43,969 nucleotides of DNA from a virus (Duplodnaviria; Caudoviricetes): positions 1 through 43,969 of the IMG/VR virus record IMGVR_UViG_3300037195_000905; one strand, given 5' to 3'. Of the stretch, positions 17,982-27,274 are shown piece by piece (the first letter of the stretch is position 1; each line of letters begins with the position of its first letter). Position numbers and translations under genes: made by a program. The notes beneath the pieces are model-generated. The model was given only the letters and a program-made list of their open reading frames with translations, was not told the DNA's origin and did not search any database.

Positions 17982-18998
17982 TTAGTTTATACTGCCTGTC
18001 TGTGTCGTTCTTATTATTCGTCCATCTGAAGTCTTTAATATTCTATGATCCAAGTCTCTATTCCTATGAGAAGAAACCACAACATTGTAATCTCTCAATG
18101 TCCACTCCCTTATCTTCCTGACTCCATCAAATCCAGCACTTCCAGCCGTATCTGATGCACTTGCTAATCCCTGTACCTTTATAATGGCAGGACCATCAAT
18201 CTTTATGTTTGGACTAAACTTCTTCGGAACATAAGAAGAGCCTGTTGCCTGAGTTCCAATGGTGTTTTTTCTTGCAAAATTAGTAAGCTCTGAATCAGGT
18301 TCCGTGTTTACATGAAGAGAGAAGTCGATTAGGGTAGCTGTGGTATTAACAGATCCATAGTATTCGGAAATAAAAGCGTCTTCTACTGAGGAAATACCAA
18401 GTATTGCCATCTGTGTTTCGCCTATTCCGGCAAGTATACGAGCCGTAGTTGTTCTGTCTGTCGTAGCGAATGCGCTTATAGCTCCCACATTTACATTCGT
18501 AGCACCTTTTGTTAAGACCTCAAGCCTATTTATAATCACATAAGATTGAGTTGTCGTTACAGAAGTAGTACCATTTGTCACTATATCTTCCGTTATTTCG
18601 GGTGTATCCCAATCAATTAAACCATATACCCTGATTTTTCTCGCTCCAACACCAGCAGAAGAATCACTTGCAGAAGATGATACTATCCAATGTGTCTGCG
18701 CAGATGTAGGTGCTGTCCATATCTGCTGAGTAGGCGTAGCATCGGCTAAATCCCATATATCTGTTGCTGTTGTCTGTACCCCTGTAGCAGCACGACCATA
18801 AGCGTTTATAGGAGCTTCGTCATCTATAAAATCAGCAGGTACATCAACTCCATAATCTGTACCTCCCATCACTATTTTACCATCACCCTGTCTTATATTA
18901 TCGGAAAGCGCTTTGTCTGTTGAAGACTGAAAGGCTTCGGTTGTAACGCACAACCCCATAATTAAAGACAATGCCATCCCAAATATGAATTTTTTCAT
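17982..18998 (-). CDS. Beta-rich phage protein with signal peptide (338 aa)
   Basis: GGAGGG SD before ATG 18998; MKKFIFGMALSLIMGLCVTTEA; SSSASDSSAGVGARKIRVYGL motif that I recognise from uncharacterised phage proteins. Confidence 0.7.
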   Translation of the reverse strand: MKKFIFGMALSLIMGLCVTTEAFQSSTDKALSDNIRQGDGKIVMGGTDYGVDVPADFIDDEAPINAYGRAATGVQTTATDIWDLADATPTQQIWTAPTSAQTHWIVSSSASDSSAGVGARKIRVYGLIDWDTPEITEDIVTNGTTSVTTTQSYVIINRLEVLTKGATNVNVGAISAFATTDRTTTARILAGIGETQMAILGISSVEDAFISEYYGSVNTTATLIDFSLHVNTEPDSELTNFARKNTIGTQATGSSYVPKKFSPNIKIDGPAIIKVQGLASASDTAGSAGFDGVRKIREWTLRDYNVVVSSHRNRDLDHRILKTSDGRIIRTTQTGSIN

Positions 18999-19016
18999 GT
19001 TGTTTACCCTCCGATA

Positions 19017-19047
19017 ATATGGGAGAAGGCATAGCCCTCCCCCATAT
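19017..19047 (-). terminator. 14-bp stem-loop after the capsid/cement genes (partial terminator or stabiliser)
   Basis: AUAUGGGGGAGGGC-UAU-GCCUUCUCCCAUAU; no strong downstream U-tract. Confidence 0.5.
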
Positions 19048-19068
19048 AAAAAATCCACAAACAAACCA

Positions 19069-19482
19069 CTATATAGTAGCAACAGGGAACGTAGCCTTTG
19101 CAGTCTGCCTCTCAAATACAATACCGGCTGTAACATTACCAGCAGTATGTGTACCTGTGATGGTGTATTCAAGCCTTGAATACCTTTCCATCGCATCCGG
19201 CACAAACTGAATGGTAAAGTTGTATCCCTGTACCAAAGTGGCAGTAGCAATAGTCTGAGTAGAGCCAATGGTAGACAATGAGCTAAATGATGTATTATCA
19301 TCAGTCTCAAGGTCAATAGTCACATCAGTTCCACCGGCAAACGTAGTCGTTACCTGAATCAGTATCAACATCGGATTACCTGGACCTCTATTAGCTACGC
19401 CCAAATCCAACACATTTGTTGAATCAGCAGTTGTGGTTAATGCCTGATCGTCTGAGTATAAATTCTCTTTATCAAGAATCAT
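19069..19482 (-). CDS. Capsid cement/decoration protein (Bbp16-like)
   Basis: MILDKENLYSDDQA...STNVLDLG...RYSRLEYTITG...GNVTAGIV; directly after the MCP. Confidence 0.85.
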   Translation of the reverse strand: MILDKENLYSDDQALTTTADSTNVLDLGVANRGPGNPMLILIQVTTTFAGGTDVTIDLETDDNTSFSSLSTIGSTQTIATATLVQGYNFTIQFVPDAMERYSRLEYTITGTHTAGNVTAGIVFERQTAKATFPVATI

Positions 19483-19528
19483 AATTATTCTCCCTAAGTT
19501 CTAAGGATTAAAAACGTATAAAGAAATT

Positions 19529-20536
19529 CTATGTGACCTGTGATTCTGTTTGAAGTAAACCGTCCACCCTTCTGATAGGTATGCCCTGGAAGTGCATAAC
19601 TCGCCCTTCACCGGCAAAGGTATCAAAAGTAAGGTTTACATTCGCTTTTGCAACTGCTTTCTTGGTCAATGCTGTATAGACCACACGATCACAATACCAT
19701 ACCAAAGTACCACCGGTAAGGTTCTGCATCTTTGCGTGCATAGCATCAATCATGTCATTGATAAGGTCTGCAGACGTATCTGAGCCACTACCAATCGTAA
19801 GTAAAGCGCTTACGTCAATATTTGCGATTCTTACCACGTGCCTCCAATCCCTAACTGAAAGACCGACCTTCCAGAGATAACGAGTCTGATACACCACTCG
19901 CTTACCACCACTTGAATCAGTTTCAGTCTGGACACCCATATCTTCATGCTGTAAACCAGCAGTAGTGCCTTTTGGAAAGAATGCGTGTGTGTGGTTCTCG
20001 GACCATTTGATTAGCCACATTGAAGTATTATCTGAACCGGAACCTCCGGCATCAATAATCTGTCCACCATTACTGGCAGATGTGTCACCAAATCTTGGCG
20101 CAAGTCCCATAAATTCTTCCGGATCCGTGTCCGTGTTACCATAGAACAGAGTTTGTACGAATTCGTGATTCATAGCCTGGAAAAAAGCTAAGTCCTCAGA
20201 AAGCCTTAACCCTGCAACGTCACCACCTAAATCACCCAAATCTTTATCAAGAATTGAGAATGCTTCCTGGATACCTGCGGTATCGTCAACCTGTACGGTT
20301 GTTGATTTACTTGGTGTGGTGTAGCCATACAACTTTCTCCATGTTGTCGATGGAAGACCACTACGCATCGTGGTTCTATGACCTGTCTGCGTGTTACCTT
20401 CAATAACAACCATGTCTTGCATGACATCGTTTGTTTCTGCCAACAACTCGATTATAGTAGCGATTTTTTCGCCATTTGGATCGAGTCTTTTGACTTTATC
20501 TGCAATATTCAGATAAGTCGTACCAACTGTTGCCAT
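19529..20536 (-). CDS. Major capsid protein (BPP-1 Bbp17/epsilon15-like, HK97 fold)
   Basis: IIELLAETND...GHRTTMRSGLP...FYGN...EFMGLAPRF...GLSVRDWRHVVRIANID...GIPIRRVD; strong SD. Confidence 0.93.
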   Translation of the reverse strand: MATVGTTYLNIADKVKRLDPNGEKIATIIELLAETNDVMQDMVVIEGNTQTGHRTTMRSGLPSTTWRKLYGYTTPSKSTTVQVDDTAGIQEAFSILDKDLGDLGGDVAGLRLSEDLAFFQAMNHEFVQTLFYGNTDTDPEEFMGLAPRFGDTSASNGGQIIDAGGSGSDNTSMWLIKWSENHTHAFFPKGTTAGLQHEDMGVQTETDSSGGKRVVYQTRYLWKVGLSVRDWRHVVRIANIDVSALLTIGSGSDTSADLINDMIDAMHAKMQNLTGGTLVWYCDRVVYTALTKKAVAKANVNLTFDTFAGEGRVMHFQGIPIRRVDGLLQTESQVT

Positions 20537-20579
20537 AACAAATCCTCCCCATACAACATACTAAAAAAATAAAATACTA

Positions 20580-21365
20580 CTACGCCTTATCCGCACTTGG
20601 ATAAAGTATATTCTTAGCCTCTTTCGTTGTGGTATCTGCTCCGGCACCACCAAGCCTGAAAGAGTCTTCGCCTATCGCTTTTCCTATTCTATAGAACGCC
20701 TTTACGAATGCCGGATGACTGCCATATCCTGACTGTTCCAACACTTCAGCAAGACCGTCAACCTTTAGAGCTTCCATTCCCTTCTTAGCAACAGCCAGAT
20801 TCTCGGTAAGTTGTTTACCTGAATCACCGATCATTTCCTTATCGGCTTTAACAGTATCAACCCATGAATTCATTAAAGCCTGATGTCCTTCTACCTGTGC
20901 TTGATATAATTTTGTCTGAAGAGCTACCAACGCATTTGCCCTGTCCTTAGAACTCATATCCTTATCGTTGGCAATATCCAGGAATTCTTTCTGAATACCT
21001 TCGTCTACCTGTACTCCTTCAGGGAATACCAGGTCTTCAGCAGTTACAACATCAGGAGCATCTTCCTTCTTCTCTTCCTTGTCCTCTTCTTTTTCAGCCT
21101 TCTTTTCCTCTTCAGGCTCCTTCTCTTCTTCCTTCTCTTCTTTCTCGGCTTTATTTTCTTCTTCCTCTGACTTCTCCTCAGCGCCTTCTTCACCTTCAGC
21201 CTTGTTTTCTCCGTAAAGCTGATCCTTCGCTTTGTCCAAATCTACTTCCTTACCTTCTTCTTCCTTGCCTTCTTCCGTAGTTTCTTCCTTGCCTTCATCT
21301 TCTTCTCCACCGTCAGTAAGCGTTTCAAATACTTCTTCTTCATAACGAACCGTATTATTCTTCAT
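20580..21365 (-). CDS. Capsid scaffolding protein
   Basis: Very acidic N-half; GYGSHPAFVKAFYRIGKAIGED and C-terminal ILYP; upstream of the MCP. Confidence 0.8.
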   Translation of the reverse strand: MKNNTVRYEEEVFETLTDGGEEDEGKEETTEEGKEEEGKEVDLDKAKDQLYGENKAEGEEGAEEKSEEEENKAEKEEKEEEKEPEEEKKAEKEEDKEEKKEDAPDVVTAEDLVFPEGVQVDEGIQKEFLDIANDKDMSSKDRANALVALQTKLYQAQVEGHQALMNSWVDTVKADKEMIGDSGKQLTENLAVAKKGMEALKVDGLAEVLEQSGYGSHPAFVKAFYRIGKAIGEDSFRLGGAGADTTTKEAKNILYPSADKA

Positions 21366-21678
21366 TATTTTCCTCCTGATATTTGTGTTCCGAAAACATT
21401 AATTCATGTTTCTCTGGACACACGGATAAAATTTTATGTAACAATCTCAGCCCTGCAGCCTTATCTCCTGCATTTCTGGCATGAATACAAGGATCAGCGT
21501 CAAACGCATCCCTGTAAACACCACATTCAGCCAATATATTCCATACGAAATGCCTTCCACCTTTGGTATTCATTACCTCTTCGGTGGCAGCATTATCCTT
21601 TAAAGCAGTCTCTTTATGGAGAACATCCTGCTTCTCTATATCTTCATTTTTTTCTTCTATTCCTATATTATCTTTCAT
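21355..21678 (-). CDS. Bbp19-like conserved phage protein
   Basis: VMNTKGGRHFVWNILAECGVY...NAG...GLRLL; between portal and scaffold. Confidence 0.75.
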   Translation of the reverse strand: MKDNIGIEEKNEDIEKQDVLHKETALKDNAATEEVMNTKGGRHFVWNILAECGVYRDAFDADPCIHARNAGDKAAGLRLLHKILSVCPEKHELMFSEHKYQEENNEE

Positions 21679-23345
21679 TAAGCTGGTGTCACTCCTGCTA
21701 GTTGTTCAAGCATGTTGCCAGTACCAACCGGTGCATTTGCAAGGTCTTTGGCTGCTCCTGCTGCAGCGACACCCGACTCAAGCGCTATCTGACCTTGCTT
21801 CATCTGTTGCTTTATTTTCCTTATTTGAGCAACATCATCATCGGACCTTATGATATTTGTAGGAACATCGAGTATTTCAGCAGCTTCATCTGTTGCTTGG
21901 TCGAAATCAAACTTATCTATAACATCAGGATTAAACTGCGCCCATAAACCCAAAAGACCACTTAATCTCTCCATATTACTTATGGCTGCTACCTTCTGAG
22001 CTTTAGCCAGAGAAGATACATATTCTATCTTTAGGTCTTGGTCAGCAAGGTCTTCGGGTGGTTCCGGAAGAACACCTGCCTCTTGAGCAAGGAAAAATAC
22101 CCTGTCTATAAGTGGATTAAGGAAATCTTCATTCAGACCTTCTAAAACTGGTCCCAACATCAGGAGCCTTTCCTTGTCTATTTGAAATGCTACTTCAGCT
22201 TTCATATCCTGTGGACGATTATTAGCCTGAATAGCAAGGAACATATTCACGAAGAAGGCATCCTTGATCCTCTCTTCAGTCTGTATATTATCTTGGATAA
22301 TATCTGCAAGCGGTATTCGTACATCATACATAGGCTTAATACCTTGACCGGTACTAAATGGAGTTACAAATGTAACCCCACCTGGCACATTCATAATCCT
22401 CTGATTCTTTAAATCAGAAGGTGCTTGTAACGGTGGATTTAGGTTTCTATCAAGCCCTGCTGCCTTTCTGAATGTTCCGGACTGCAACTGTTTTGAATCA
22501 CCAAGAGCAATCATTCCTGGCTGTCCAACACCGTATGGATCTGAAGCATTAACAGACCACCTGGCACAAACATACGGAAATGTATCAAATCCTGATATAT
22601 GTAAGAAGCCCTCGTCAGACCTTGTGCCTTCCTCATAATAGACGCTTCTATATGCCTTATTTTGAGCGTCAATCATATTGGGGATTCGTTCATCATTCGG
22701 CTCAACAGCATGAATCACTTTTATCATGTGATCCGGCTTAACTCCTGCCATACGAACTGTTTCACGTGAAACATTTTCTAATCCGAATTCCTCTATTAAC
22801 TGAACAGGAGTCTTCCATATTCTCCTATAGAGAACATCAACAACTCCCCTTGCATTTACGGCTATCCAGTATTCTCCAACCGTATATGTGTCAAATCTCA
22901 CAATATCATTAAAATCAGCCTTTATTGACATAGGAGCCGTACCAAACACTCCTAATTCGTCATAAACAGTAGCAGCCATCGGGTAGAAATTTGACTGATT
23001 AAATATCTGATATATTGTTTCTTCGGAACCTCGCAAGTACGCCCTTACATCATCACGCTCCATCAGACCACGATTTGCCATAGCAAGTCTAAACCAGGGA
23101 CGAGAAGAACTTGTAACACCTGCTTTCATTCCTGCAGCGAATGTCCGAGCAGAGAGAGTGGGTGTTCCATTGTATATTTTAAGGTCTTTCCTTTGACCAC
23201 GCTTACCCTCGTCTTCCAGGAAATTACCTCTATTCGGAGCTATATAGTCTCTCAGGTCTTTTAATGGACCTTCATGTGGCTGCCTGATATTCTTGAGGTC
23301 AGCAAGCCTTGTGTCAAATTTCTTTCTTAAATCTAAACGTGGCAT
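21678..23345 (-). CDS. Portal (head-to-tail connector) protein
   Basis: 555 aa; TSSSRPWFRL, SNFY, ELGVFGTA, FPYVCARW...YG, ERLLMLGPVL, IEYVSSLAKAQK. Confidence 0.93.
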   Translation of the reverse strand: MPRLDLRKKFDTRLADLKNIRQPHEGPLKDLRDYIAPNRGNFLEDEGKRGQRKDLKIYNGTPTLSARTFAAGMKAGVTSSSRPWFRLAMANRGLMERDDVRAYLRGSEETIYQIFNQSNFYPMAATVYDELGVFGTAPMSIKADFNDIVRFDTYTVGEYWIAVNARGVVDVLYRRIWKTPVQLIEEFGLENVSRETVRMAGVKPDHMIKVIHAVEPNDERIPNMIDAQNKAYRSVYYEEGTRSDEGFLHISGFDTFPYVCARWSVNASDPYGVGQPGMIALGDSKQLQSGTFRKAAGLDRNLNPPLQAPSDLKNQRIMNVPGGVTFVTPFSTGQGIKPMYDVRIPLADIIQDNIQTEERIKDAFFVNMFLAIQANNRPQDMKAEVAFQIDKERLLMLGPVLEGLNEDFLNPLIDRVFFLAQEAGVLPEPPEDLADQDLKIEYVSSLAKAQKVAAISNMERLSGLLGLWAQFNPDVIDKFDFDQATDEAAEILDVPTNIIRSDDDVAQIRKIKQQMKQGQIALESGVAAAGAAKDLANAPVGTGNMLEQLAGVTPA

Positions 23346-23348
23346 AGC

Positions 23349-24008
23349 TTATCCTAATAAAGTTTTTTTAGTTGTATTGGCAGAATCACTTAAACCAGCA
23401 TTACCGGTTAATAGGGTGCCACCCCTGTTTTGACCTAAATTCTTCCTCTTCTTTCCTGCCTGTGCATCATCCGCAACAGAAATAGAAGTAGGTGTTGTAG
23501 GTCTTCTCGCTGTTACTGGAGGCGCAATCTGGTTTGTAGACGTTCCGGTAAACTTAAAATCACTTGTAAGCTGCTGCCCATCCCTCGGATCACGGGGAAA
23601 TAAATCATATATATTTGAAGCAGCAGCCTTAAATTCATTAAACTTCACAACATCAGACCTTTGTAATTGTCCAGCTATTATTGATGCTGCCTCTTGTGCT
23701 ACTGAATAATTAGTAAGGAATACTCCAGTTCCTAAATTCTGACCACCAGTTAGACCTTGAGCCAGTTCTGCGCCTGTTCTATGCTCCAAATCAAGAAATC
23801 CCTCCGGATTTCCCCTTGTAATCGGAAGATTATAGCTCTGTGCATACCTGCCACTACCTAAATGATAGTATGCTGTCCCGAAAGGTTCCGCAAGAAGCTC
23901 TCCAGCACTACGAGCCGTATTTGTCCTCGATATATTAAAGGCGTTCTTTTCACCTGCTGTTGCTGTAAATGCAGCGCCCTGTCCTCTTCTATTTCTTCCT
24001 CCTGCCAT
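23349..24008 (-). CDS. Hypothetical virion protein with C-terminal GGTLLTG...KKTLLG motif
   Basis: 219 aa; C-terminus paralogous to the upstream gene. Confidence 0.7.
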   Translation of the reverse strand: MAGGRNRRGQGAAFTATAGEKNAFNISRTNTARSAGELLAEPFGTAYYHLGSGRYAQSYNLPITRGNPEGFLDLEHRTGAELAQGLTGGQNLGTGVFLTNYSVAQEAASIIAGQLQRSDVVKFNEFKAAASNIYDLFPRDPRDGQQLTSDFKFTGTSTNQIAPPVTARRPTTPTSISVADDAQAGKKRKNLGQNRGGTLLTGNAGLSDSANTTKKTLLG

Positions 24009-24254
24009 TTAAGCTCCCAATAAACTCTTCTTCTCTGTATTTGCTATTGTCTCAAGCCCTGTCGGACCGGTAACAAGTGTTCCACCTCTTGTACCTGCAA
24101 ACTGCCTCGCCTTATTTTCCACATCAGATTTAGCCTTCTTAACGCTTGCATCTGCTAATTTTGGCTGTGATCGAGTGGCTGGTGTTGGCTGTGGCTCCGG
24201 TGGCGGTGGCGGTGGTGGTGGTGCTGGTATTGATGGCGCTCCTCCCATGCACAT
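24009..24254 (-). CDS. Small Pro-rich pre-portal virion protein (T7 gp7.3-like position)
   Basis: MCMGG-polyPro...GGTLVTG...KKSLLG; AAGGAG SD. Confidence 0.75.
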   Translation of the reverse strand: MCMGGAPSIPAPPPPPPPPEPQPTPATRSQPKLADASVKKAKSDVENKARQFAGTRGGTLVTGPTGLETIANTEKKSLLGA

Positions 24255-24315
24255 ATAGAGTCTCCTTAGTCAAAATATACTACGGATTGTATCCCATGTG
24301 AAATATAAGATATAC

Positions 24316-24344
24316 CCTATAGCGATATTTATTCGTTGTGTCAA
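24316..24344 (-). promoter_or_regulatory. Sigma70-type promoter of the structural operon
   Basis: TTGACA-17 nt-TATAGG on the minus strand, about 60 nt upstream of ATG 24254. Confidence 0.65.
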
Positions 24345-24401
24345 GAAGAAAATGCGAATTATTTTCGTTGTGTTTTTTGGAAGTGCGAAATTATTTCGTT
24401 G
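24322..24401. repeat. Three GCGA(A/T)-N5-TTCGTTG near-palindromic boxes, putative operators
   Basis: gcgat-attta-ttcgttg (24322), gcgaa-ttatt-ttcgttg (24354), gcgaa-attat-ttcgttg (24385); spacing 32 and 31 bp. Confidence 0.7.
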
Positions 24402-25944
24402 CAGGTAATGAGAATGGATCGAATTTATCAACGATTTTAGCTGCTCCATCGTTCTTTAATCCGAAAGTTGGTGCTACTTCGTATGAGAATGTAAGTGCGA
24501 GTGATGTGCCGAAATCCGGAGAAGGCAGACCTCTTTTCTTCATAGCGTCTACGCTTTCCAGGACTTTCTTGCTGCTGGTTGGTGTGAATGCGAACATCGG
24601 TGATGATAGGTCTTCTTTAAGTCTTTCGTGATTTGGTATGATTCCACCTGAGATAAGCCATTCAAGCATCTTATCCCACATTTCAATACGTTTATTGAGA
24701 TAAAGGTCTTTACGGTCTGCAGAGCCACCTTCATCTACTTCTATTACATTAAAGCCTAATTGTCTGAGTCTGTCTATTACGCCCTGACCGCCTCCTGAGC
24801 CGATTATAATAGCATCTGCCTTCCATGTGTTAGCAACATTGGCTACATTACCGGCAAGCTCCATATTGTCTATTTTGGCGAATTCTATGGGTTCAAAGGC
24901 TATTAAGCCCTGTCTTTTCTGGATTGTGGATAGGTCATCACCGTACCTGGCAACATCTACGGCAAGGATCTTCGCAGAGCCGGCTACGTCCTCTATTTTC
25001 AAAGTACGACTCGCAGCCTCTTCAACTATGCCATATCCGATAAGCTGATTGGAGCCGGTGCGAGGAAATTGCCCTTTTACCTCTACCCTGGATACATCCG
25101 AATCCTCACCGTGTTTCTCTATAATCTTATTGTATATAGACTTATCTGTACCTTCTACACTTCTTGAGTCGATAAACCTTGTATTCCAATAATCCTTATC
25201 CTTATGAAAACAGTCGAAAAAAGCACCTTGAGGTCTACGAGGGTTTGACATAACCAGCCAGAACCGGAGGAATATAGGTTCTGTGAAGAAGCCTTCAGAT
25301 ACGGTCCAGATTGAGCCAGGTATATTACTGCCTTCATCAAAGAGTAAAACCACGCCATTTTCGTTGTGAACACCGGCAAATGCGTCTGGATTCTCTTCTG
25401 ACCACAACTGAGCCTGAATATAGTAGTATGCAGTATCTTTTTTCATATTCTCACGGAGAGAAACGTCAAACCATTTCGCAGGTTTTAAAGTAGTGGCTGT
25501 ACGTTCAAACCAATGGCTGTTTATAGCCATAGTGTGCCATTTGCCCAACTCAGCCCATGTTCTAGTCCGTAACTGTTGCTCTGTGTTGGCTGTCATAATA
25601 ACACTACAACCGATCCATGTAGAAGCAGCCCAATGAGCTATCCAGGCAAAAAGAGCCGTCTTTCCTGTACCACGACCTGATGAAACAGCCAGGTTGTACG
25701 GAAGAGGAGGTTCGCCTTTATTTATTCGTAACTGATTCTCAATATTGTGCTTACCAATCTTAATAAGCTCTTCCTTCTGCCATTTTCTCGGACCGGTACG
25801 CATGGCAAGAGGAGTACCGACTTCTCCCCAAGGATATGCGAACATAACAAATTTATACGGCTCAAGCATCATATCTGGAGTCAATATCTGCTCAATAAGC
25901 TCCATTTCGCCTTTAGCGCTGTATTTCATTCCTGTTTCACTCAT
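24391..25944 (-). CDS. terL: Terminase large subunit
   Basis: Walker A SSGRGTGKT, Walker B LLFDEGS, SNP coupling motif, nuclease VDVARYGDD and SPD. Confidence 0.95.
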   Translation of the reverse strand: MSETGMKYSAKGEMELIEQILTPDMMLEPYKFVMFAYPWGEVGTPLAMRTGPRKWQKEELIKIGKHNIENQLRINKGEPPLPYNLAVSSGRGTGKTALFAWIAHWAASTWIGCSVIMTANTEQQLRTRTWAELGKWHTMAINSHWFERTATTLKPAKWFDVSLRENMKKDTAYYYIQAQLWSEENPDAFAGVHNENGVVLLFDEGSNIPGSIWTVSEGFFTEPIFLRFWLVMSNPRRPQGAFFDCFHKDKDYWNTRFIDSRSVEGTDKSIYNKIIEKHGEDSDVSRVEVKGQFPRTGSNQLIGYGIVEEAASRTLKIEDVAGSAKILAVDVARYGDDLSTIQKRQGLIAFEPIEFAKIDNMELAGNVANVANTWKADAIIIGSGGGQGVIDRLRQLGFNVIEVDEGGSADRKDLYLNKRIEMWDKMLEWLISGGIIPNHERLKEDLSSPMFAFTPTSSKKVLESVDAMKKRGLPSPDFGTSLALTFSYEVAPTFGLKNDGAAKIVDKFDPFSLPATK

Positions 25945-26414
25945 ATATCATCAAGTTCCGATATTTTAACATCCCAAGTGTCTCTCGGATAAATATGTCC
26001 ATTTTGTCCATTAACCTCACCTTTTTTATGAAGAACAGCCATATCAAGATATTCCTGTTTTGGCTTCACGCCCAATATCCAACCAACAGTATAATCGTTC
26101 TTAACCCTTGTAAAAGCATAATAATCACATTTTTGTTTTAAGTTATAGGCATATAGACCACATTCATAAAATGATCTTGGCTTATAATTTGTTCTCTTCG
26201 TCTTAACTTCGTAGGTAAGGTTATTCTTAATAATATCATAATCGAAAGTATTGTGCTGAGTTCCATCAATATAGTCTCTAAATATGAATTCTCCAATGAA
26301 GCCCGATGTGGTACCCCTGCCTCCAGTAACCGAATGGTCAAGCCGTCCTTGTTCTTCAGCCATTTCCTTTGCCAACTCAATATATTCAGGTGATATTTTA
26401 ACTCCGTATATCAT
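25941..26414 (-). CDS. Putative PD-(D/E)XK nuclease
   Basis: GFIGE...FDYDII...YEVKT pattern. Confidence 0.6.
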   Translation of the reverse strand: MIYGVKISPEYIELAKEMAEEQGRLDHSVTGGRGTTSGFIGEFIFRDYIDGTQHNTFDYDIIKNNLTYEVKTKRTNYKPRSFYECGLYAYNLKQKCDYYAFTRVKNDYTVGWILGVKPKQEYLDMAVLHKKGEVNGQNGHIYPRDTWDVKISELDDI

Positions 26415-26614
26415 GCGTAACCTCCTATAATAACGTCAAGATCGTCTAAGTCACAGTCTGGATGTATCTTATGTTTACCTTCATTTGGTATCAGAAATTG
26501 AGTCTTAGAGTTTGCACAGAAGTAGATACGCTCAGGTTTAGCATATTCACCGGTCCACAACTGCTCATGGTATGCACATTCGTCACAGGAATTAACGATT
26601 AACGCCTTTGTCAT
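26411..26614 (-). CDS. Hypothetical Cys-rich protein
   Basis: SCDECAY...FC...IHPDCDL; ATGA overlaps. Confidence 0.65.
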   Translation of the reverse strand: MTKALIVNSCDECAYHEQLWTGEYAKPERIYFCANSKTQFLIPNEGKHKIHPDCDLDDLDVIIGGYA

Positions 26615-26859
26615 GGCAACTTCTTTCCCTCTTGAATCAGTCTCTTTTTATAATATGTCTTTGCCACATCGACTTCTTCCAGACAATGTGCGACTGCTTC
26701 AGGCTGAGAACCGTCTACTTTATCTCCACATAGCCTGTATTCTGGACCATTAAGCAAAGAGCCTGTTTTTGGCATTTCCTTTACTATTCTGAATCCTAAT
26801 AGCAATAAACCGTCAAGAGCATCAAGCCCTTCTCCTGGTATGTATTCTTTTATGTCCAT
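26611..26859 (-). CDS. Hypothetical protein
   Basis: 82-aa ORF translationally coupled on both sides. Confidence 0.6.
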   Translation of the reverse strand: MDIKEYIPGEGLDALDGLLLLGFRIVKEMPKTGSLLNGPEYRLCGDKVDGSQPEAVAHCLEEVDVAKTYYKKRLIQEGKKLP

Positions 26860-27158
26860 TAGTTATGTCCTGGTTTAAATATTCTCGATATTTCCATATT
26901 GCCAAGAGCTATCTTGACTTTCTTGAGGTTATCAATAAGTAGGTCTACATCTTCGACCTTTTCAAAACAGAGGCGTATTTTAGCATGGATCTCGGCTGAA
27001 GTCTTGCCCTGCATATCCTCAATCGTTCCCTCAACCTTATCTCCCAAGATAACACCGGCAAATTTAGGTTTATCTACCGGCAAGACAAAATTTCCCATAG
27101 CTATAGGTTCTTCTCCAAATAATACTGCCTGAGCGCCATCTTCGTCTTTAAAGAACAT
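26859..27158 (-). CDS. Hypothetical protein
   Basis: 99-aa ORF with GGAGG SD. Confidence 0.65.
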   Translation of the reverse strand: MFFKDEDGAQAVLFGEEPIAMGNFVLPVDKPKFAGVILGDKVEGTIEDMQGKTSAEIHAKIRLCFEKVEDVDLLIDNLKKVKIALGNMEISRIFKPGHN

Positions 27159-27274
27159 TATTTATCCTCCATTTTATGATACATTTTATCTTGACTCTTT
27201 CTGTCCAGATACCTCATAACCCAAATCCACATGAAAGCTATAACGCAGATTATTCCTATAACTTTTAAAATCAT
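27158..27274 (-). CDS. Small single-TM protein (38 aa; not in ORF track)
   Basis: MILKVIGIICVIAFMWIWVMRYLDRKSQDKMYHKMEDK; coupled stop/start overlaps. Confidence 0.55.
   Translation of the reverse strand: MILKVIGIICVIAFMWIWVMRYLDRKSQDKMYHKMEDK

Noticed and set aside
18999-19316. N-terminal extension of the 444-aa track ORF, or a cement-protein frameshift fusion
   Set aside because: Overlaps the cement gene in another frame with no slippery site; ATG 18998 has its own strong SD and signal peptide
24322-24401. Mini-CRISPR array or LexA boxes
   Set aside because: The 31-32 bp period is too short for repeat plus spacer; CGAA-N5-TTCG differs in spacing and sequence from the Gram-positive CGAAC-N4-GTTCG SOS box
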